From Phyllosticta citribraziliensis (taxonomy: Eukaryota): a DNA stretch of 64,000 nt. A model generated the notes under the pieces. It saw nothing but the letters and a program-made list of their open reading frames with translations, was not told the origin of the DNA and searched no databases. The stretch lies in contig NW_027117341.1 in NCBI RefSeq assembly GCF_038025025.1, forward strand, positions 620,001 to 684,000, in the 5' to 3' direction. The position numbers were made by a program, and so were the translations under genes. Below, in pieces: positions 14,001 to 26,682 of this stretch. Position 1 is the stretch's first letter, and every line of letters starts with the position of its first letter.

Positions 14001-15662
14001 CAGATACAGTGATATCAAACAGCTCTCTGCCACCACCAGTGACCAAAAAAGACGAGAACAAGTGATTGCCTCATCAGAAGCAAGTCAGTCACCTCAGGCA
14101 GTCACTGAACTCCCTCCATGTGACTGACTGACCCCTGAATCGAACTGCGCGTGACTGCCAGCAGCAACCACTAGCAACTACATAAACCCTCCATTTTTCC
14201 CCAGTCGCTTTGTACTGTTCGCTGCATTCAACAGTGTTTTCTCGACACCTCTTCGGCGCACACATCAAGCTCACTTGGTTTCTGCCCATGTTCTGCTGCA
14301 GGACGAGCCCAAGGATTGAACATGACTTTCGTTGCGCGGGGCGTTTGGCGGAGAAAGACACTTTGGGCACGGTAGAATGGATCAACCGACGTCAGACTGC
14401 CGCATTGCCTGTGAATGATGGCGGACAGGACGAAGACGTGATGATAGAGAACAGCACTTCGCCGTCGCGCTTGCTCCGTGAGACGGTAACAGGCGAGCGC
14501 ACTATCAGAGCCAGGCATCTCAATCGCAGCACATGCCGCATGTCCCCTGACTCCCATCTATTCCGCATGACCGCCACCACCGACACACGGGCGAAGTATA
14601 AAACCTCCCTTTTCTCCCTCTTTCCACACTCAGCAGCGCAGTCTAACCACAGCAGACGAAACATTCGCCAACAGAGCCACTGCACCAGAGTCTTCATCGT
14701 CCATGCACTGTCTGTTCTCTTTTCGCCTTGCGTGGATTTCGTTTCAGGAATCGCACGGCGGCGCGTAGGAGAGAATTTCAAGCACTAGGTGCATGCAGCA
14801 CGAAGGCGTAATAATGACGGCCGACATAAAATCGTAGTGATGACAACCAACACGATCTCTAAACAATACACCGCAAAACAAAATGCGGTTGCCGCGGTGT
14901 AAGCCAATCCAAGCAGTCAAGCACCCGCGAGCAAGAAGTAAAGGAAGCCGTCCGTGAAAACGTCAAGTGTCTACCCCTCGTCCGTCCTCCCTTCCGTCCC
15001 TCTCCTTGCGTCCCCAAACAAACACGCAACAACAATGCCAACCAACGACCAACGAGACAAGGGATGGGAGAGGGCGGGTGACGTACCCACGAATTCAAAA
15101 GCTCGACCAAAAAAGCCCCTTCAGCCGGGCAGTAGCAGTGGTAGTAGTATAAGATAAGGTGAATATAGTAGTAGCAGTGTTAAAAGTAGCAACACCAACA
15201 GCGAGCGATCAACCAACCAGCCAGCCAGCCGCCCATGATCCATCCGTCCATCCGATCCGTCCATCCAACCAACCAATCCGACCAATCCTATTCCAGCCCA
15301 ATTCCGTTGTCAGCATACCATACCGCGCCTTTGCCCTGGCGATCCGATCATTGAGAAGAAAACACCTCCTTTTCCCTCTTCAGGAGAGAGGGAGAAGAGA
15401 GAAAGAGAGAAAAGGAAAGAAAAGAAGAACAAGCGAACACCATAAGCCGCAGCCGCAGCCAACGACAGACGTACAACAGACAAGACAGCCAAACAGCGAG
15501 ACAGCCAGACCGACGAGAGGAGAAAAGGAAAAAGAGAAGAAAAGAAGGGACAACAAACGCTTCATTATCAACACAGCAACGACGACGACGACACGGAAGA
15601 AGAAGAAAAATGACACGACACACGACGACCCCTTCCTCATCATCAACACCATCACGAAATTA

Positions 15663-18600
15663 CTACGGTCTCTTTTTGACCTTGCCCTGTCCGCCCAGTC
15701 CCAAGCCAGCTAGCCCGCCGCCGCCTGCCGTTCTCCCACCGCCGCCTCCTGCTCCTCCACCTGCGGTATTAGCTGCGACACCTGCGGCCAAACCGTTGCC
15801 GCCGGCGCCGACACCCATGCCAACGTGGCCCATGCCCGATGACGACGCGGCGTGGGCTTGGTGGTATTCGGCGTGCTTTGCGTCGGCGGCGGCGTCGCCG
15901 CTGCCGAGGAGGTAGCGGCGGCCGAGGCGGTGCAGGTGCGAAAAGGACGTCGATGACAGGTGGATGGCGACGAGCCAGGCGCAGAGGATGTTGGCGAGGT
16001 GGTGCAAGAGGTAGGCGTACGTGACGCCGTAGATGGCGGCGTAGCCGGCGAGGGTGAAGAGGAGGGCGTTGGTGAGGTAGCGGATGCTGGCGCCGTGTCA
16101 GTACATGCGTAGTTGAAAGACAGAGAAAGCAACGGCTTACCGGTTGGGAACCCTCGGAATCATCCGCCCCGTGCTGAGCGTCTCGACGAGGAGGATGAAG
16201 GGCATGATGGAGAGGATGTTGTGGTGTGAGGAAAAGGGGGTGAGCCAGTGAACGGCCAGATTACGGATCCAGACAACGAGGACGGGGACGTTGATGGGGA
16301 GGATCCAGATCATTAAGATGAGCATCGAGTGCGCATAATTGTAAAAGTTGTAGTTGGCCTCGGATCGCTGTCCTGGGTTAGCGCTGTATGCCAAGGAAAT
16401 AGAACTCGACTCACTGTTTCCCGCGCGATCCGGAGGGCCCTGATGCAGGTTGCTATATGAACGATGCAAAGGACCATGTACGCAAAGTGGTAGGGTATGA
16501 ACGTGGAGACCATGAAGAGCAATATGCCAGTCGTGACAACACGCTGTCTAGTAGAGCTGACGGCAAAAGCCGCGGGAGAACGTCTGCAGCAAATCAGAAG
16601 CAGTTTTTTCCAGGTCGGACGAATTACGTACCTTCCCTCATCGCATTTCAAAACAGGCTTGACGAATTGGAAAATGGCAGTCAAAACGTGCACAGTCATC
16701 AACGTCAGATAGTTCATGGCGATGCATACGCCCGTGGTGATGACGCCAAACAACGGAACGAGAAACCAGAAAAAGGAATCCTGCGTGCCGAGCAGGAGGT
16801 CGTTTTTAGAATAGTCTATGGCAGACTCAGTGGCATTGCCACTCCAGAAGGGTGACCAGCGCGAACCGTGGCGAGGGCCATGACCCGCATTCGCAAAGGA
16901 CATGCCGAAAAAGGTCAAAGCGATGAAAAGGACCGGAAGAGATGATCGCAAGCACTGGTTGCTACTCTCGGAAAAGGACATGAAGACGCCTGTCTTGGTT
17001 AGCGCGGTCAATTACAATGTGAAACGAGCTTACCAGTCTCGTCGTAGACCTTGAATTGCTTTCTCAAGATCAAGGCGACGGCAACCAGCGGGAACGTTGC
17101 AAAAACGACTCTGTACCGCATCCAAAGCTTCCCCAGACTGCCAAAAAGGTCTACATCCAGGGAGAGGTCTAGAGATCTTTCGCAGGTCGGATCGGTCCAG
17201 ATTTGAAAAGACAGTGCATTAAGGGTATCCGAGTTCTTGTTGCGCTTGAAGGGGGGTGGCATGTATGGCGCCACTCCGTGCAAGTTGATGTCGGCTTCTT
17301 GCACATTGACGTAGAATTTTGATTCGTAGACCTCCTGGATGTACTGGCGGAGCAGCGGAGTGAAGAGTGGCTCGTCCTTGCATTCCTTGTTATTGATGCG
17401 AAGCTTGTAGGCCAACAGGCTCGAATGAAGGGCCGGAATCTTGACGTCTACAACCATGGGCCGCTTTGCAGGAAGCTTCAAGTGCAAACCGCTTGATATC
17501 AGCTGTCTCAGTCCAGTGTCCGTCTTGATCAGAGAATCGGACCGCGCGCTAAACTCGGCAATGACCCAGCCGCTGGTGTGTTCTGCTGCCTTGTCGACCA
17601 CAGCCACGAATTGGTGATCTGCAAGATCTTCCACGTCATACTGGAGATAGGAAAACGGCTGCCGCTTATCAAATGGAAACTGGGACTCCTTGGTTGACGC
17701 TGGTAGCGTGACAACGTCGTCGGCCGCATTCTTGCAGGCCAAGCGTGTCGATCCTGTGCTGTCCCCGGAAAGATCCATGTCCATGGAGAAAATGGCAGCC
17801 GACTGTCCCGCTTGGAGGGGAAACACGCTGCAGAAGAGGACCTCGAGCTTCCCGCTTTGGCCAGAGGCATCGAATTGCTGATCCGTAAGAAGCGTGAATT
17901 TCCGGCCTTCTGGAGCTCCATGGGGCGGCACGGGGAGGAGGTAAGCCTTGGGTTTGCTGGTTTGGCCCAAGGATCGGAGGGACAGGCGTTCGCCCTGAGA
18001 AATGATCGAGTTTGAATTGTCCTCCAGAGTCAAGAGGGTCCTTGGATCCTTGTGCGGCAGCGTCTTTTCTGCAACATCTTCCAAGCCAGTCAAAAACCAC
18101 TTTTTGAAAATGCGCATTCTTTCCGCGCGGGGCACCGTTTGAGTTGATCTCGAAACGTCCACCACGTCGTACAAGGCCCTTATCACGCTCTTCCGTAACT
18201 GGTCGCACCAAGTGATGGCCAGATGATCCATTCCAGTCCAAACGTGGGGTATCGAAGGCGTAAATACAGTAAATCCGTGCGTCTGCGGCACCAGAGAGGA
18301 CGTGCTGGCATAGTCTGAGGGCACAACGGTGTCGAGACCTCCTCCAGCAATGGAAATGAGTGTAACGTGCCACAGAGGGTTGTCATTGGCCCACTGTTGC
18401 GAGTATGCATGTCTCCAGTAGGTGTTGATCTCCTTGTACGTGTTTACGATTTCGGCGTCAAACGAGACGGGAGGCCGCGCGTGCGGGGCGGAGAGGGTGA
18501 TGATGGTGTTGATGGAATTCGTCTGATAGTTTGGCATTGTGAGCATGGTCCGAGCTACGATGCCTCCCATGGAATGTCCGACGATGATGACGGAACTCGG

Positions 18601-19670
18601 GTCTGGTAGATTGTCGTTCCTGATGGACTTTTCCGGGTTGTGGTACAGTGACAGAATGTAGGCGATGGCATCGTTCAGGTATTCGGCTTGGTCGAGCAGC
18701 GTCTGACCGTGAAAGGCTGTAATGTCTTCGTTGAAGTCTACCGAAAAGAAGTCGAGGGCTCTCTTGCCGTTTGCGAGGGCATCCGGGTCGTTTTGGATCC
18801 AGTCGTGGTGGTAGTATGCGGCCTCGGCGGCCAGGGAGCGAACCTGGCGATAGCTGCCAGCGTTTCCGGGAATGAAGAGGACGGGCACACCCTTTACCTG
18901 CGAATGGTCAGCCTGCGATGCGCGTCGGGGGGAGGTGGCAGTGATACCCTGGCATCCTCATCGATCAAGCCCTCCCTGTACATGTATAACGAGTATTTGC
19001 TGGCGAATCGCGTGTGCTCGGTGTCGAAGTCGTCGTATTTGACGTACGCTGCCCACATTTGCGACATTGCGCAGCCCTTTGCGTCCAATTGGCGGGTGAA
19101 GAAGCTCTGGACAATAGCGAAGAGCAGGACAGCGGCCAGCACCATTGTGGCCAGAGTCAACAGGGACAGGTTCCATGGATTGCGCCATCGCGACCTGCGG
19201 CGGCCGTAACCTTCAGCCATGTCGTCTGGTGTTATGTCCCTGGTGAGCATCTTGGGTTGCAGCAGGTCCTTGTCCGACAGGGCCGAAGCGCAGCGGCAGG
19301 CTGTTGTTGAGGCGGTGTGGGAGTCGGTCCAAGCGCGCGACTTGGTCAAGCAGGGCGTGGCTTGGCCAGTGTCATGGTCTCGTCGGCGTCGCTCCTTGGG
19401 TATGTTGGTTGCGCCGTCGGTCGAGGAGCGCGGCGAGGGAGAGGGGGGAACGGGAAGGCGGTGTTGGGTGGTCAAGTCGTCGCCGCCGCCGACTCGGTTA
19501 TGGCCATGCTCCGGGTGCAGACCACGCGAACCTGGAGTCGAGGACGCCGGGACTACTCGCAGTAGGGCGGGCGCGCTTGACGTCGGTGCCGGATCCGGAG
19601 GCGAGGCGCTACTGGGGCTGGTGTCTTCGTCGTCCTCCTCGGTCGCAGAGCCGGATGGCCGTCTCCTCAT
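15663..19670 (-). CDS. BST1: GPI inositol-deacylase (PGAP1 family), five exons, C-terminal KKxx ER-retrieval motif (KVKKRP)
   Basis: PVLFIPGNAGSYRQVRS, lipase motif GHSMGG, DHLAITWCDQ; C-terminal TM region with WILPINVPVLVVW and PFSSHHN. Confidence 0.93.
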
Positions 19671-20826
19671 TTAAAGCGCGTCTTTCGAGAGCCACGCTGG
19701 GGATTTGGATGGCAGCGTAGGGATGCGGATTGGTGATTGGCCGGGAAGAGAACCGAGGAGGAGGGACAAGGAAAAAAAAAAAAATTAAAAATCCACGGAG
19801 GCGCAAAGCCAAAGCCTGAGCGTGAGGGCGGAGCGGAGGACGAGTTGACGCAGGCCAAGGCTAATGTAGGTGAACTGGAGCTGGTGGGAGGGAGTGTTGC
19901 GCGTTCTTCAAGCGGGGGAAAAGCAAACGAGCGACTCGAGGCGGTGCGGCTCTGAGGGGGTCGTCGGTGGTGGTGGTGCTGGCGCAGCAACAGGAGCAGA
20001 GTCTGGAACGGCGGCGGGTAGGTAGAGAGCGGTGATGTTGGAGGAGGAGGAGGAGGAGGATCGGGAGGACGACAAGAAGAAGAATAATCAATTCGGTTCT
20101 CTTTGACAGACGGCACACACGCACAACCATCTCACTGAGCCAGGATCGAGGGCCGCGGCGGGTGACCCGTGCTGGCTAGGTGTGCTGCACGTCGTTGTTC
20201 TCTAACCTAACCGTCAGTCTGCAAGGAGCTGCTCTTCTCTGTCTGCCTTCTCCCACGTTGGCCGTCCATTGCACCCGCTTGGCGCCGCTGTCACCCATCC
20301 TGATGCTCATCCATCCCGAATCCTGTCCATTGACTGTTGTGTCCATCTACGCAGCCTCATCTCCGTAACGTCCCATCTGAGCCACCACTCCAAAGGTACG
20401 CCGTGGCGTCCATGCGCGCCCCCATTATTGCCCACCGATGCAGCAGGATCAACGCCTGGCTGGCCCGTTTCGGCTTCTTCACCACCGCCTTGAGCATCCC
20501 GGCTATAAAAAAGATAAAAAACGCTCCCAAGGCGCCCAAGGAGGTCGCTGTCGCCGATGACTAACCCCCGGCACTTCACCACAGATCCAAAAAATACGAC
20601 ACATCAAACCTGTCAGTCTGCCTCGTCCTCTCCCTCCTCAACAGCCTCCCCCTGCTCCACGCCGCCTTCTAGCCCTTGTCTTGTGACCCCCTCGTCGCAC
20701 CTCCAAGCCGTTGCGTGCTGCCGTACCACATCGATTGATCCGTCTCGCCCCCCCTGAGTCCCGCGGCCGCCGCCGCGCCTAACACTCTTCAGGCATCACG
20801 ATTCATTCGAAACAACAACACAACGC

Positions 20827-22921
20827 TTAGTTTTGCTCTGCCGTGCGCCTGCTGCTATCACCACCCCCGGCCCCGTCGTTCAGCGGCCCAACCGTCACCA
20901 CCGGGTTGAGCTTCGCCATGGCCTGCTGATGCCGCTGCTGCACCTTTTCCTTGCGCGCGCTGGCTGCCCGCATCTTCTCAAACCGGCCCTTCGCTCCGTG
21001 CTTGATCCTGGTAATCATGTCTTGCGCCTTGCCCTTGTTGATCTCGCCCACCGCCAGCTTGCCGTCGTCGTCGCGGAACTTGTTCAAGAATTCAATCTGC
21101 GCCTCACTCGCTGCCTTTGTGCGCCAGCTCTGCCACTTTTCTATAAAGATGAGCGGAAACTTTTCCGCCGCAAACGTGTCCGCCGCACGAATCGCGTGTT
21201 CGAGCGACGGCGCTTCCGCAATTGTCTGCGGCTTAAAATACGGCGATCTAGACTTGCGGCTCAGGTAAAACGGCATGGCCTGTGTGTGCTTGACCGCAAA
21301 GAGCTCGGGCTCGTCCTCGTTTCTCTCCACGATCAAGAACCCTACCTGGTTGCACGTCAGCGCGAACCGATCCTGGCCCACGCACACCCATGCGAAGTTG
21401 CTGAGCTGCCGGACCGCTTGGTCGACCCTGGTGTCGTCCAGCAAGTCTTGGATCGAGCTGTAGTCGGTAAACGTCACGGTGCTCCTGATTTCCGTGTGCT
21501 CGCCGGCCGTCGCGGGAGCAACTTGGGCAATCCTTTCCTCTCGCACCTGCTCTTGCTCTTTGCGCTCTTTGATCTTCTTCGCATCCTCGGCACTGGTTTG
21601 TTCGAGGAGCGCGTCTGGATCCAGACCAAGCAGAGTCGGTGTCGTGAAGATGCCGGTCTGGAGAGCAGCAACCATGTCAATGATGTGGCAGTCCTTTTTG
21701 CCCGGGAATAACCGCATTCCCCGACCAATCATTTGAACGAGCAGACTTCTGGACCGCGTCGGCCGCGCCAGCAGCACGCAGTCAATGTTGGGGATGTCAG
21801 TGCCCTCGGTGAACACGCCGCAGTTGAGCAGTACCGGATACTCGTTTCGTCTGAATGCATCGACTCGCTGTGACCGAAGTTTGTTTGGTGTATCTCCAGT
21901 GACATATCTGGCGTCGATTCCGTGCCGACGAAAGGTCGCCGTCAGCCCAGTCAAATGCTCCAAGTCGACGCAAAACACAAGTGTAGAGTTGCGCTTTGCC
22001 GCCTTGACCATCCACGACCGCACCGTAATTTCGTTGATTTCGTCCGTGTTGACGGCCTGTGACAGTGAGGAGGTCTGAAAGTCACCATTCGCCCCGAGCT
22101 TGACCTGGGAAAGATCCGCCTTGGTCGAGACCGTTGTGAAGACGACGCTCGACAGCCAATTGTCCTCAATCATTTCCACGTAATCCTTGTGATAGACGAC
22201 GTGGTCGATGACGGTCCCAAGCCTCCTGCCATCGAACCGTGAAAGGGTGGCAGACACGCCGACGAGAGCGGTTTGCGGGTTTGTGTTGTTCTTGAGCCCA
22301 AACCAATCCAGCGCCTTGAGATAGGTCTCGGCGACAATGTGATGCGCCTCGTCGACGAGGACAAGTTTGAAGCGACGCGGATCGAATTTCTCAATTCGGT
22401 CTCCGGAAATGATGCTCTGCACCGATGCGACAGTGATGTCGGCCGCGCCAGACGCGTGGATGTTTCCCATTTCTATGTCAACCGTCTTGCTTGGATATGC
22501 ATTGGAGCAATGTCTTGCGGCCTGCTCGACCAGCTCGCGCCGGTGGGCTAGAATGAGCGTCTGTGTCGCATAGTCGTCCGGCGCAGGTACACGATCGATG
22601 AGTTGCGTAAAGATTACCTGCAGGTGGTTAGCGACGCGTCGAAGCAGGCGAGCCAGTATTGCACACTGTCTTTCCGCTGCCAGTGGCTAAAGACACGCCG
22701 AGTCTATTGTGACCGCGGTTGAGATAGTCCAGTACGCTCTGAATACACTCTTCCTGGTAATCGCGCAGCTGGATTGGCGTTCGCGTGGCGAGCGGCGCCG
22801 GCGGAGGTGGAATGGGCGTCTTTTGCGCTTTAGTTCGGGCGCAGCGCACGCCGGGAATGGCGGCCCTCGGGCGGGCCCCAAAGAGTACGGCTCTCAGCAC
22901 ATGGCGACCGGCTCGCAGCAT
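20827..22921 (-). CDS. IRC3: Mitochondrial superfamily-2 DExH helicase, Irc3-like; one intron near 22618-22665
   Basis: [33 protein letters not shown] and QMIGRGMR motifs; Arg-rich presequence-like N-terminus. Confidence 0.88.
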
Positions 22922-23152
22922 GAGGCCGTAATGTCATTGGAAATGCCTTTGAGGGTGGTTGAATGGTTCACACTGCGACAAGGAATCAAGGGAATTTTGG
23001 CCATAGCGTCAGTTATCTCCGGTCGGTAAGCCCGAATCCAGGAAGAGGCCCGTGCACACTGCTAGCCGAATCATCGCCGTCTCATCTTCGAGTCCAGGGC
23101 GGCCCTTCAATTGGTTGCAAACCTAGACTTGCAACCCCAACTTTTTTCCAAG
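22922..23152. promoter_or_regulatory. Compact bidirectional promoter region between IRC3-like and RRN5-like genes
   Basis: Divergent start codons about 230 bp apart. Confidence 0.55.
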
Positions 23153-25075
23153 ATGAGCGACACGGCCATCGAGACGGACAACAGTGATGACGGCGCTTTT
23201 GATCCGCATGAGGAGCGCGCCACGCCTGATTCGGATGCCGACAAACTTTCTGTCGCCAGGAAAAGAAAGAGACGTGTTGATGCTGGAACCAACAGCAGAG
23301 CAAAACGCTATCGCAAGCTCTATCACCATGGATACCGAGAGCTTTACAATTCCGACATCGCAGAGGTCGTCGACTTCGTAGCTCTGGGCCAGCCCGGTCG
23401 CCTCAAGCCCTCGCAGATTGGCGCATCACACTGGACCATCACAGAAAAGCAGCGCCTGTTCACCGCGATTGAGAGGTTTGGGAGAGACCGAATGCAAGAC
23501 TTGACATCCGCCGTAGAGACCAAGTCTGAGACCCAGATTCGAGAATACCTCTTGCTACTGGATCAAGGCATGGTAGAAGTTTTTCTCAACCAAGGAATTG
23601 ATTATCAACCGCCCCGCCCGCACGAGATCCCAGCTGCGTACGAATTGAGTGATGAATGTTGCAGCAAGCTTGATGAGACAGCAACCGCTCTATCATGGTA
23701 CCAGCATTCTTTTGAAGCCAAGCAAGAGCAGGAAAGGCATGGCAAATTATGGCTGCTCACATCGACCCTTGCCGACCAGATTGACGAGGCGTTCAAAAAA
23801 GCTGTCAAGAAACAGAAGGGTAAAAAGGACACGCGTTGGAATCGATACAAGGCATACGAAGACGAGGACGATTCTGACCAAGAGGTGGACGAAGAGTTGG
23901 GTGACGACGAGAAGGTCTTGCTGGAGTCTGTCCCCGCCGCATCACTTTTGGACTTGTCCAACTGGCTTCGGCTGTCAGATCACGTCTTCATGAACGCTGG
24001 AGGCGACAGAGCAGAAGAGAACTGGCGATCTATAGCAGAGGAAGACGATGAGCTGGGCATTTTTCACACGGCCTTTTCAGATTTCCATCGCCTCGCTGTC
24101 AGCGTCACTAAAAGACTCGTCCTGGCCGCCCTGAATCAAGCCGAGTCACGGCTTAGAGCAACGGAACGAAATTACAAGCACGCTCCCGAACCGTCTGTCA
24201 GCTCCAGCGACGTTTATACCGCGCTAGACATGCTCAATATGCCCAGAACGGCGAAGGAAACCTGGATCAAGATTCCCGAGCGTTGTGGTGTGCAAGTATG
24301 GCAATCCACCAGAAATAGCAAGGGCAGGCATCATTTTAAGGGCTATGACGAGGTTGAGCGGATGCTCGGTGGAAAGCCACCTCCAAGACGACCCGAACGG
24401 GATGCAGACGACGCAGTTGAAGAGGAGGAACTCTCGGAGGATGGAATCGCATCGCAAGACCAACACACGGGCGACGAGAGCGATGATAGTGATGACGACG
24501 GCGCAGCAATAGAGCAGGACCAGTACGAGACAAGGATGGAAGCGTACGCGGGAGAATACGACATGTATCAATCTCAGGTTGAAGAGACTCGGATTATGAA
24601 GGCCATCGGTTTGCCAGCACCAGTCAAACAAGCCGTTCTCACGGATCCTCCAAAGAGGCGAAAGTTTGCTACTGGTCTCGAAGATCTGGTCGATTGGAGA
24701 GAGCATGTCGACCACAAGGCAGCCTGGGAAAGATATGGCCGTCCCATTTCCGACACCGATTTTGCTCGGGTTCAACATGCTCTTGTTGATGGGGAGGCAG
24801 AACCAGAAGAGAACCCAGAGCCTGCGCAATTGGAGCTCAAAAGCGACGCCCCGGGAATTGACGATACGTACTCGGAGAATGAGGAGCTTGCGCAAGAAGA
24901 AGAGCGAGCGCCCGAAGAACCAACAGAAGAGGTTGTCGTACGACCCGGACGTGTTTTTAAGCCACGACAAGCTAGAACGGAAGCAACGTTGATCATGGGA
25001 GAACTGCCCCCCTACCCTGAAGGGAACGGCGATGTTTTATCCGAAGATGGGGAGTATGATGAACAAAACCAGTGA
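23153..25075 (+). CDS. RRN5: Myb/SANT-like domain protein resembling RNA polymerase I upstream activation factor subunit Rrn5
   Basis: Long intronless ORF; SQIGASHWTITEKQRLF..IERFGR...TKSETQIREYL SANT-like segment, IPAAYEL motif, acidic tracts. Confidence 0.65.
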   Translation: MSDTAIETDNSDDGAFDPHEERATPDSDADKLSVARKRKRRVDAGTNSRAKRYRKLYHHGYRELYNSDIAEVVDFVALGQPGRLKPSQIGASHWTITEKQRLFTAIERFGRDRMQDLTSAVETKSETQIREYLLLLDQGMVEVFLNQGIDYQPPRPHEIPAAYELSDECCSKLDETATALSWYQHSFEAKQEQERHGKLWLLTSTLADQIDEAFKKAVKKQKGKKDTRWNRYKAYEDEDDSDQEVDEELGDDEKVLLESVPAASLLDLSNWLRLSDHVFMNAGGDRAEENWRSIAEEDDELGIFHTAFSDFHRLAVSVTKRLVLAALNQAESRLRATERNYKHAPEPSVSSSDVYTALDMLNMPRTAKETWIKIPERCGVQVWQSTRNSKGRHHFKGYDEVERMLGGKPPPRRPERDADDAVEEEELSEDGIASQDQHTGDESDDSDDDGAAIEQDQYETRMEAYAGEYDMYQSQVEETRIMKAIGLPAPVKQAVLTDPPKRRKFATGLEDLVDWREHVDHKAAWERYGRPISDTDFARVQHALVDGEAEPEENPEPAQLELKSDAPGIDDTYSENEELAQEEERAPEEPTEEVVVRPGRVFKPRQARTEATLIMGELPPYPEGNGDVLSEDGEYDEQNQ

Positions 25076-25407
25076 CGCTCGCGGAAACGACAGCTTGCAT
25101 TCCAACTCCGACTCTCCTATCTCCGAATAGTGTTCCTGTATCACCGGAGACTTGCTTGGCTCTGTCAGCTTAAAAGCTCAATTGGGGATTGCACAGAGGC
25201 GGGGTTGAAGCGAGGGGGATCAGCCGGCGCCATGGCGTCATCCCGCCGCGATGGGATTGAACTACACAACAATATGCCAGGACGGCCGACTTTTCCGAGC
25301 TGGTATGCCAGGCTTGGGACGGCTGCACCGCCATTGAAAAGCATGGAATGGACACGTCACTTTCTCGGTTTTCCTCCTTCATCTTCGACTAGTTGAAAGC
25401 CGTGGAC

Positions 25408-26682
25408 ATGCTGGCAGTCTTTCTCTTGCTTGCTTGTGCTACCGCGCAGATTATAATTCAAGATGGCTCTGAAACGATTCTCCGCACGGACAATGGTTCC
25501 TACGGGCCCCCGCTTGAGGAAGTGCACTACTACTGGGATCAATTTCCAATAGGCCTGGCGCAGTCGAGCGCTGGTCGTCTCTTTGTGTGCTACACACGAG
25601 GCGAGTATGCCTACACGCTGGGAGAAGCCGTCAACAAGTCGGCCGAACGACCTTATCCATCTGCCGAATTAAATCTGCCAGTTTCTCAACTTGGCACCAG
25701 TTTCAATGGAATCCCCTTTGGCAGCAGCGACTCCACCGCCTTTATCAGCGTGCAGGCCCTTTACATTACACCGGAGACTCCAACCCGAGATGAGACCCTG
25801 TGGGTTCTGGACACCGGACGGCCATCCGTGAAAGACTCCAAAGGCGCCAGCACGTCGCTTTGGGCGCAACCAGGAGGCCCGAAGCTCGTGGGCATATCTC
25901 TGCGCAACGACTCGGTCTACGAGATATTCACCTTCCCCGCCGACGTCCACTATCCAGACAGCTACATGAACGACCTCCGCTTCGACCTGCGCGCCACAAT
26001 CAGCCCCGGCGGGCGCGGTGTGGCGTACATAGTCGACTCGAGCGACGAAGGGCGGCCTGGCTTCATCATGGTGGACCTAGGGACCGGCGAATCCTGGCGA
26101 CGCCTCACGCAGCACCCGTCCGTCCTGCGGGTCGAGCGCGACGTGCCGTCGTACTTCGGCCACGCCTTCTACCAGCGCGGCGTCGGCTCCGCCATCTCGA
26201 CCCTGCGCGAGGGCAACGACGGCATGCAGCTGTCTCCCGACGGCGCCACCGTCTACTACTCGGCGCTCACCTCGGACTACCTGTACGCGGTGCCGACGGC
26301 AAACCTGCGCGCGCGCGATGCCGACGACCCGCTCGCCGAGCTCGCCGCTGCCAACAATGTCAGCTGTTTGGGCCAGCGCGGCGGCAATGCCAATGGCTTC
26401 GAGGGCGACGACAATGGGCTCGTTTACATGCTTATGCCTGAGCACAACGCCATCTACTACTACGACCCCCGCGACTTGCAGACGCACACGTTTATCCGCG
26501 ATCCGCGCATCATGTGGCCTGACTCGGCCAGCGTCGCGGAGGATGGCTATCTCTATGTCAATATCAATCAGTTGCCGTTCCAGCCGCAGTGGAACAACGG
26601 TGTCGATTTGAGGATCAAGCCAGGCGCTGTGTTGAGGGCGAAGCTGCCGAATGGTGGGAAGAAGATTATGGGATTGGTGTAG
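25408..26682 (+). CDS. Secreted major royal jelly protein / yellow family beta-propeller protein
   Basis: Signal peptide MLAVFLLLACATA; LWVLDTGRP, YMNDLRFDLR, AYIVDSS, DGMQLSPDG, DPRIMWPD and YVNINQL motifs; intronless. Confidence 0.88.
   Translation: MLAVFLLLACATAQIIIQDGSETILRTDNGSYGPPLEEVHYYWDQFPIGLAQSSAGRLFVCYTRGEYAYTLGEAVNKSAERPYPSAELNLPVSQLGTSFNGIPFGSSDSTAFISVQALYITPETPTRDETLWVLDTGRPSVKDSKGASTSLWAQPGGPKLVGISLRNDSVYEIFTFPADVHYPDSYMNDLRFDLRATISPGGRGVAYIVDSSDEGRPGFIMVDLGTGESWRRLTQHPSVLRVERDVPSYFGHAFYQRGVGSAISTLREGNDGMQLSPDGATVYYSALTSDYLYAVPTANLRARDADDPLAELAAANNVSCLGQRGGNANGFEGDDNGLVYMLMPEHNAIYYYDPRDLQTHTFIRDPRIMWPDSASVAEDGYLYVNINQLPFQPQWNNGVDLRIKPGAVLRAKLPNGGKKIMGLV

Noticed and set aside
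15159..15660. Lys/Arg-rich or Phe/Leu-rich ORFs
   Set aside because: Low-complexity purine/pyrimidine tracts of the BST1 3' region
20180..20564. Plus-strand splice-like signals and short ORFs upstream of BST1
   Set aside because: No ATG-initiated continuous frame could be built across the putative introns
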